IMG/VR virus record: IMGVR_UViG_3300032282_006037
Coordinates: 1 to 64,000 of that record
Origin: a virus
Lineage: Duplodnaviria; Caudoviricetes
Direction: 5' to 3' (one strand)
Length of the DNA stretch: 64,000 nt
The notes beneath the pieces were generated by a model. It was not told the DNA's origin and ran no database searches. It saw only the letters and a program-made list of their open reading frames with translations. The position numbers were made by a program, and so were the translations under genes. Below, piece after piece: positions 58,346 to 64,000 of this stretch (position 1 is its first letter; each line of letters starts with the position of its first letter).

Positions 58346-59302
58346 GTGCATAGGTATCTTTATATAGCTTTAAGCTGTATTATTTTAAGCGGATGTGCCG
58401 TACTTCGTGGCACTAAAGCTAATACAGTCAGTCAAACAGCTATTATAAAAGAAGAGAAAAAGGCTTTAGATATCGATAAAGCTATTCAAAATAATTCCAA
58501 TGAACAGTTAAAACAAACTGCTGCTTATGCATATGGAGTAGGATACTCATTGAATCAAGTTCAGAATCCTTCTGTTGAAGTAATAACAGCAGGCAGAATG
58601 AACGATAGAGTAGTAGCAATTGTGGGTGCTCCAAATTTAAAAGAAAGTGAAAGAATCCGCAAATTAGTTGATTATTTAAATTCAGAAATAGAAAATGAAC
58701 GATCTAAAGGAGAAAAGATATTAATAGAAAAAGATAATGAAATAACCACGCTTCAAACACAAAAAAATGAATTAGAAAAGAAATATGATGCTCAAATAGA
58801 AAAATTAATACAACAATCTAAAGAAGTAGCTAAAAAATCCGATGAAAAACAAACTACTCTAGATTCAATGAGTGGTCTTATGGGTTTAAATGCTGTATTT
58901 TGGGGACTTAAAAAATTCTTTTTTACAACATTAACTTGGATAGTTATATTTGCAATTATATTTTTAATTTTAAGAATCGCTTCAGCAACTAATCCGATAG
59001 CTGCTGCTGCATTTTCCATTTTTAATATCATAGGTTCATTTATAATTAGTTTATTTAAAACACTCACGCCTCAAGCTTTTAGTTTATGCAGTCTCGTTAA
59101 AACTAACGATATGGTTAAATATAAAACAACATTAACTAAAATAGTTGATGTCATTCAAGAATTCAAAGTAAAAGAAGATCTAAAAGACGGCGATGAATTT
59201 AGTTTAAATGACTTTTTAACAAAATTATCAATTGATATGGATCAATCTGATAAAAATACTGTAAATGAAATACTAGTAGAACAAAAATGGAAAAATAATT
59301 AA
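58346..59302 (+). CDS. Lipoprotein with coiled coil and C-proximal transmembrane segments (spanin-like architecture)
   Basis: Lipobox ILSG-C at residue 17, long coiled coil, hydrophobic WIVIFAIIFLIL and AAAAFSIFNIIGSFII. Confidence 0.65.
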   Translation: MHRYLYIALSCIILSGCAVLRGTKANTVSQTAIIKEEKKALDIDKAIQNNSNEQLKQTAAYAYGVGYSLNQVQNPSVEVITAGRMNDRVVAIVGAPNLKESERIRKLVDYLNSEIENERSKGEKILIEKDNEITTLQTQKNELEKKYDAQIEKLIQQSKEVAKKSDEKQTTLDSMSGLMGLNAVFWGLKKFFFTTLTWIVIFAIIFLILRIASATNPIAAAAFSIFNIIGSFIISLFKTLTPQAFSLCSLVKTNDMVKYKTTLTKIVDVIQEFKVKEDLKDGDEFSLNDFLTKLSIDMDQSDKNTVNEILVEQKWKNN

Positions 59303-59303
59303 T

Positions 59304-59906
59304 ATGTTTATTTTAAATTTTCTTTTAAATCATATTGGTGATATATTAAGCTTTTTAACATCAACAGGTTTAATTTATGCTTTTATATGTAAAGCAATGA
59401 AGAAATTACAGCCTTATACAAATTTAACTGATCATGTAGAAAGTATCGGAACAGAAATAAAAGAAATTAAAAAAGAGTTAACTTATAACTCAGGAACATC
59501 TTTAAAAGATTTAGTAAGCAATATAAAATCTGATGTCAAATCTAATACAGAATTAACCACAACTATTTTAAATAGGCAAAGATGGATGCTTGATAATAGA
59601 AGCGAACCTATTTTTGAAACAAATAAACAAGGCAAATTCACTTGGGTAAATGATTCTTTTATTAGATTAACTGATCGAGGTTTCAAAGATTTAAAAGATA
59701 ATAATTGGATTAATATTTTAGATGAAGATACAAGAAATGATATAGCAAACGATTGGTATTTAGCAGTATCAAGCAAACGAAATTTTGAACATACTGTTAA
59801 AATTATAGATGGTAAAAACAATGTTTTTCAAGCGAAAATAGTAGCTCACAGACAGGAAGACGGTAATTATATAGGAACATTAAATAATATAATTAAACAT
59901 AATTAA
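59304..59906 (+). CDS. Membrane-anchored PAS-domain protein
   Basis: N-terminal TM, coiled coil with NSGTSLKD, then PIFETNKQGKFTWVNDSF...WINIL..D PAS fold. Confidence 0.75.
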   Translation: MFILNFLLNHIGDILSFLTSTGLIYAFICKAMKKLQPYTNLTDHVESIGTEIKEIKKELTYNSGTSLKDLVSNIKSDVKSNTELTTTILNRQRWMLDNRSEPIFETNKQGKFTWVNDSFIRLTDRGFKDLKDNNWINILDEDTRNDIANDWYLAVSSKRNFEHTVKIIDGKNNVFQAKIVAHRQEDGNYIGTLNNIIKHN

Positions 59907-59914
59907 CAAAAAGC

Positions 59915-59942
59915 TTGTATTTTTCATTAGGCATGATATATT
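59915..59942 (+). promoter_or_regulatory. Sigma70-like promoter (leaderless)
   Basis: TTGTAT-16-TATATT, 6 nt before ATG 59949. Confidence 0.5.
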
Positions 59943-59948
59943 GCGCCT

Positions 59949-60542
59949 ATGTCAGGTTATGCTAATCAGATAACCACATTATTATTAGATAATTCTTTTT
60001 TACCCTATTCGTTTTTAACAGGGCGAGCCGCATTCATTCATTTAATTAAAAATAATATTAAATGTTTTGATGCATCAGAAAATATAATAGATAATAATTT
60101 TGAATGGTTTAGAAACGAAGGGCTTTCATTCTATGAAGATCAGCCTTTTTTAACTTCAAAAGATAAGATTTGGTTTATTCCGACCATTGCAGTTATCAAG
60201 AAAAGTTTTTTCTATAATAGAAAAAGAACGCCACGCACTCTAAATATTCAAAAATTATGTTTAATTTTTGATTATACTTGTCAAATTTGCTATGAGAGAT
60301 TTGATAAAAGCCAGCTAACAATCGAACATCTATTTCCTAAAAGCAAAGGCGGAACAAAAGAATTAGAAAACATTACTTTAACTTGTCATAAATGTAATCA
60401 GATTAAAAAAGATATATATCCTTTCTTGAATGTTAAGAATGAAGCTATATCATCTGTACCAATGCCAATACCAGTTCTTCCTACTAAACCCACCAAGATA
60501 AGAGAAGAATGGCGTAAATACTTTCTATATAAGAAATTATAG
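59949..60542 (+). CDS. HNH endonuclease
   Basis: TCQIC...LTIEHLFPKSKGG...NITLTCHKCNQIK. Confidence 0.88.
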   Translation: MSGYANQITTLLLDNSFLPYSFLTGRAAFIHLIKNNIKCFDASENIIDNNFEWFRNEGLSFYEDQPFLTSKDKIWFIPTIAVIKKSFFYNRKRTPRTLNIQKLCLIFDYTCQICYERFDKSQLTIEHLFPKSKGGTKELENITLTCHKCNQIKKDIYPFLNVKNEAISSVPMPIPVLPTKPTKIREEWRKYFLYKKL

Positions 60543-60543
60543 T

Positions 60544-60729
60544 ATGAATATTTCAGAATTCGAAAGAACAAAACCCACAATCACATTAAAGAAAATTAAT
60601 AATTTAATTTCTTTGATTGATGATGAAAGAGAAAAAACAGAAAATCTCTATAAAGATAGAGTTAAAAGCTTAGAAAAAATTAACGATATGCTTAAAGACT
60701 TGAAGAATAGTTTCAAAAAGGGCGAATAG
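60544..60729 (+). CDS. Small coiled-coil protein
   Basis: 61-aa ORF in operon. Confidence 0.55.
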   Translation: MNISEFERTKPTITLKKINNLISLIDDEREKTENLYKDRVKSLEKINDMLKDLKNSFKKGE

Positions 60730-61382
60730 TGAGCTATCTTCAAGCAAATATACCAATACAATCTGCTTATCTTGATAAATCATTTTTGAAAAATGAAGAG
60801 GCTGGTACGATTGATGAATATTTGCCTGTTGAGATATTTTCTGTAACATCGATTCCAAGAAGATGTTTATTATTTAATGTAATGAGTGAATACGGTGCTC
60901 AATTTACAAGAGTGCCAATTCAATATTTAAAAAATAAATTAAATTGCGCAACTGTTTATCCATTAGATTGGATACAATTGTGGGATAGCTTCAGTTATTA
61001 TTTCAACATAACAAGATTTGAATATCTAAAAAATAGTAATGCTTATATAATTCTAAAGAATAAAGAAAAAATTGTATGCAAATATGCTTTTACTATTGAT
61101 TGGTGCAATAGTGAAGAATACAATTTAGGTTATTCAGAAGTTCAAGGCGGTCATAAATTAGCTCATGTATTTTGGGGCGAAAATGGACAAATGTTCGCTC
61201 AACCTAGTAATAGATGTTTATTCAGAGATTCTGGCGCTTGGATTTCTAAAAAGTTACCTGATGATTTTAAAACGTGGAAAGTTTTCTCAAAAGAATTTAC
61301 TTGTGAAGGAAACGCATATAAATGGACTGCTGGTGATGATGAACTAATGTTTTATGAATTTGACAGAGACAAGATTAACTAA
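60729..61382 (+). CDS. Conserved phage hypothetical protein
   Basis: YLQANIP, GAQFTRVPI, QLWDSFSY, FTIDW, HK.AH, AQPSNR. Confidence 0.7.
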   Translation: MSYLQANIPIQSAYLDKSFLKNEEAGTIDEYLPVEIFSVTSIPRRCLLFNVMSEYGAQFTRVPIQYLKNKLNCATVYPLDWIQLWDSFSYYFNITRFEYLKNSNAYIILKNKEKIVCKYAFTIDWCNSEEYNLGYSEVQGGHKLAHVFWGENGQMFAQPSNRCLFRDSGAWISKKLPDDFKTWKVFSKEFTCEGNAYKWTAGDDELMFYEFDRDKIN

Positions 61383-61857
61383 ATCAGAATATGGTTGTTA
61401 TCTAGCCTTAGCTGCTAGATCAAGATCAGAAGATCCACATACTCAAGTTGGAACAGTGCTTTTTGATGAAGATTGGCGAACTGTTTCAACTGGTTTCAAT
61501 GGTTTTGCTCCTCAATTAATACCACATGATGATATAATTCAAAATAGACCATTAAAGTCTGATTTGATTAATCATGCTGAAATAAATGCTATTTTATATT
61601 CTTCTCGTCAACCGTATTATGCTTGCATGGTTTATAGCCCATGCATTCATTGCGCCAAAACAATCGCGGCTTCTAAAATAAAAGAAATTTATTTTCTCAA
61701 GCAATATAGAAAGTCCAATAGTGAAACGCTTGATGTCAAATATATAGATATTTTTAATTTTTCAGGAATAAAATATAATCAACTATCTATTGATAGTTTA
61801 AATAAGATTTTATTTTGGATAGATAAGGATAAAGAATTTATCAAATCTTTAATATGA
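61354..61857 (+). CDS. dCMP deaminase
   Basis: RSEDPHTQVG, TGFNG, HAEINAI, PCIHCAK. Confidence 0.9.
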   Translation: MNLTETRLTKSEYGCYLALAARSRSEDPHTQVGTVLFDEDWRTVSTGFNGFAPQLIPHDDIIQNRPLKSDLINHAEINAILYSSRQPYYACMVYSPCIHCAKTIAASKIKEIYFLKQYRKSNSETLDVKYIDIFNFSGIKYNQLSIDSLNKILFWIDKDKEFIKSLI

Positions 61858-62045
61858 CGGCCAAAAATTTATATTTAAAAACAGGAAAATTTTTAAAGGA
61901 TGAATCAAATAAAATAATGCGTAAACTTATTCATTCAAAAGATAAAAAAACTTTAAATCAAGCTAGAAAAGAATTAGCCGCAATACGACGACGAATAGCT
62001 ATCGAAATCGAACTGCTAGAGAAGTTTAGTGAAGAAAATGATTGA
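61854..62045 (+). CDS. Small hypothetical protein
   Basis: 63-aa translationally coupled ORF. Confidence 0.55.
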   Translation: MTAKNLYLKTGKFLKDESNKIMRKLIHSKDKKTLNQARKELAAIRRRIAIEIELLEKFSEEND

Positions 62046-62069
62046 CACGACATAGGTTTCTGATATTAT
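62042..62069 (+). promoter_or_regulatory. Sigma70-like promoter
   Basis: TTGACA-16-TATTAT upstream of 62094. Confidence 0.55.
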
Positions 62070-62093
62070 TGGCCTCGTTAGCGTTACAACTAT

Positions 62094-62435
62094 ATGAATA
62101 CTATGAATACTATGAATAATAATGAAAAGCAGAGTGACTGGAAGAAAAGAGAAAAAGGCGCTTTTTGGAAAAAAACAAAAGGAAGCACCACTTATTTGAC
62201 AGGTTATCTTACAATAATCGATCCTTTTGGAAATGTAATTAAAGAGCGTGTGATTATGTTTTCAAACAAAACAAAGACTAACGAAAACGCTCCTGATTTT
62301 ATTCTATATAAATCTGAAGATCAAAATACAGAAAATGAGCCAAAGGCTGTCGCTGCAAAGCCAAAGCCTGTAAAGAAGGAAGTTAAGCAGCCGGAACCAT
62401 CAAATGATGATGAGATTCCTGAAATCACAGATTAA
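62094..62435 (+). CDS. Small nucleic-acid-binding protein (DUF736/SSB-like)
   Basis: GAFWKK...YLTGY...FSNK.K...APDF.LY plus acidic DDEIPE tail. Confidence 0.55.
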   Translation: MNTMNTMNNNEKQSDWKKREKGAFWKKTKGSTTYLTGYLTIIDPFGNVIKERVIMFSNKTKTNENAPDFILYKSEDQNTENEPKAVAAKPKPVKKEVKQPEPSNDDEIPEITD

Positions 62436-62441
62436 GTAGTT

Positions 62442-62465
62442 AACCCCCAGAAATGGGGGTTTTTT
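62442..62465 (+). terminator. Rho-independent terminator
   Basis: AACCCCCA-GAAA-TGGGGGTT followed by a T run. Confidence 0.9.
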
Positions 62466-62936
62466 ATGATCAAAATCGAAAACTATAAATTGTTTGTTAA
62501 CTCAAAAGATTTTGAATATCTAATAAAAAAAGCTGAAATAGAATTAGCAGGTAGTAAATTACCATATTCAGAATCTTTAAAAAAATATCTTAAAAAATGT
62601 ATAAATGATGAATCAATATTAATATTATATGAAAATGATTTGCCTATTGGTTTTTATATTATATATATTAACAATAGAAGAGTTGAGTTAAGTTTTACTT
62701 ATATAATATCTCAATATCGGAATAAAGGTTACAGCCATGAATTACGAATAGCTGCAATCGAAAAGTTCAAAGACAAATACGATAAAATTGAAACTTACAT
62801 ATTAAAAAACAATATAGCATCGCTAAAAGGACTCGAAAAACTTTTAGAAATATATAAACCTCAATATGAAAAAAAACAAATTGTTGATCAATTCGGGAAC
62901 CAATCATATCACTTTATCATACAAGGATTTAAATAA
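62466..62936 (+). CDS. GNAT-family N-acetyltransferase
   Basis: YIISQYRNKGYS motif A, NIASLK. Confidence 0.75.
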   Translation: MIKIENYKLFVNSKDFEYLIKKAEIELAGSKLPYSESLKKYLKKCINDESILILYENDLPIGFYIIYINNRRVELSFTYIISQYRNKGYSHELRIAAIEKFKDKYDKIETYILKNNIASLKGLEKLLEIYKPQYEKKQIVDQFGNQSYHFIIQGFK

Positions 62937-63558
62937 ATCGTTTAATGATTTTGCAATAGATAAATTAAGCAGTAAAAAGTTAACAAAAAACGAGAAAAAA
63001 CTATTGAATTTTATTTTAAATATTTTGCATACATATGATATAAACGAATTGATGCCAGCTAGTTCAATGATCGCTTTTATGATGGGAGGTTGCGGTTTAG
63101 ATTATCCACAGGTATTATCTTCAGCCATAAATTCTTTTGGCGGCAATCATTTTTGTTTTACAAAGATGGCCGAATTCATGATTAATAATTTTACCACTCA
63201 TGAGGATTATTATCCCGGTTTTGGACATCCAATATTTAAAGATAAAGATCCAAGAGTTGAAGCTATTTTGCAGAAAATGAAATCATTAAACATTAAAAGT
63301 TCAACAGTTGATAAATGTTTAAATTTTTCAAAACAAAAAAAATTAATTTTAAATATAGGTGGTATTTCTGTTGCTGTATTATTAGATCTAGGTTTTGATA
63401 AATATACGGTTAATTATTTTCCTATTATTTCTAGAATGCTTGGAATAACTCTTATTTATAAAAAAATAAAACAAAACAAATTAAGATTTGCTACATCTTT
63501 AGATAATATAGATAAATATAAAAATTTATTTCAGCATTCAAGCCTTGACAACACTTAA
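62866..63558 (+). CDS. Citrate synthase / citryl-CoA lyase-like protein (divergent)
   Basis: FGGNH, PGFGHPIFKDKDPR, LNIGG...LDLGF, SRMLG. Confidence 0.7.
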   Translation: MKKNKLLINSGTNHITLSYKDLNKSFNDFAIDKLSSKKLTKNEKKLLNFILNILHTYDINELMPASSMIAFMMGGCGLDYPQVLSSAINSFGGNHFCFTKMAEFMINNFTTHEDYYPGFGHPIFKDKDPRVEAILQKMKSLNIKSSTVDKCLNFSKQKKLILNIGGISVAVLLDLGFDKYTVNYFPIISRMLGITLIYKKIKQNKLRFATSLDNIDKYKNLFQHSSLDNT

Positions 63559-63573
63559 CTTCCTTGATAAGGT
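63545..63573 (+). promoter_or_regulatory. Sigma70-like promoter of uvsE
   Basis: TTGACA-17-TAAGGT, 8 nt before ATG 63582. Confidence 0.65.
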
Positions 63574-63581
63574 TCACACCT

Positions 63582-64000
63582 ATGAAGCTTGGACTAGTTT
63601 GTATCTCTGAACTTTTGCGCGAAAAATCTCCTGAGTTGAAGTTCAAAACCATGACTCGCACTCAATTCCTTAAAAAGGATAGAGAAGAGTCTATACAAGA
63701 ACTTTCGCGTCGAATTTCACACAATCTAACTGTTACAATTGAAACAATTAAACACTGCAAAGAGATAGGAATCAAACACTATCGTATTTCTTGCAAATTG
63801 TTTCCTCTTATAACTGATCCAACTCTCAAACTCGATCTAAGTCTTTTCCCTTATTTCAATGTAATTGAGCAAAAGCTAATTGAAATTGGCAGAACTGCCA
63901 AGGAATTGAACATATCTGTTTCAGTACATCCTGATCAGTTTGTTGTGCTTGGTTCTGAATCAGATGATATTTGTGCTAATTCTATACGCGAATTAAATTT
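63582..64000 (+). CDS. uvsE: UV-damage endonuclease (UvsE/UVDE), 3'-truncated
   Basis: MKLGLVCIS...FKTMTR...HNL...HYRISCKLFPL...SVHPDQFVVLGS; runs off the window and is absent from the ORF track. Confidence 0.88.
   Translation, partial: MKLGLVCISELLREKSPELKFKTMTRTQFLKKDREESIQELSRRISHNLTVTIETIKHCKEIGIKHYRISCKLFPLITDPTLKLDLSLFPYFNVIEQKLIEIGRTAKELNISVSVHPDQFVVLGSESDDICANSIRELN

Noticed and set aside
390-61347. Many short antisense or nested ORFs in the track (e.g. 390-620, 15602-15793, 31741-31944, 37220-37495, 59483-59821)
   Set aside because: They lie within well-supported genes and show no motifs; shadow ORFs
1-64000. Stop-codon reassignment or suppressor tRNA
   Set aside because: Conserved genes are full length in the standard code, and the tRNA anticodon is UUG (Gln), not CUA

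Overview
An AT-rich, gene-dense 64 kb segment of a large tailed dsDNA bacteriophage. The Ig/protease repertoire and a sigma54 promoter suggest a Gram-negative host, possibly PVC/Verrucomicrobiota or Bacteroidota (inference). In order: (1) a tail-fibre/adhesion module with a Gly-X-X Ser/Thr repeat fibre, an embedded glycosyltransferase, three LamG proteins, an Ig protein, a probable tail tube and a trypsin-like protease (1-11.6 kb); (2) a minus-strand block with Hsp20, a GT, a phage sigma factor and a dNMP kinase; (3) a 13.7 kb nucleotide-sugar/glycosyltransferase locus with an apparent GDP-colitose route (Gmd/ColD/ColC) and a yersiniose-like branched-sugar route (RfbH/E1 + split ThDP enzyme + SDRs); (4) a class II RNR; (5) small, probably virion-internal proteins that share an N-terminal motif, plus a GIY-YIG endonuclease; (6) a replication block with RecA, DnaB, primase, a PD-(D/E)XK nuclease and a DnaE split into PHP, exonuclease and core genes with a SET-like gene between them; (7) a ClpA/C ATPase, a tubulin/FtsZ homologue, GTs, nucleotide-metabolism genes and tRNA-Gln; (8) a lipoprotein + TM-PAS pair, HNH, dCMP deaminase, GNAT, a citrate-synthase-like protein and UvsE. 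Three promoter classes can be read directly: sigma70-like TTGACA-N16/17-TAnnnT, one sigma54 site, and a GTGTA(A/T) motif found 12 times just upstream of start codons. Many of these would give leaderless or near-leaderless mRNAs. The best candidates for undescribed biology are the phage glycan system, the GTGTAW regulon with the phage sigma factor, the shared N-terminal targeting motif and the lipoprotein/PAS membrane module. All calls come from reading motifs by eye; no searches were run.
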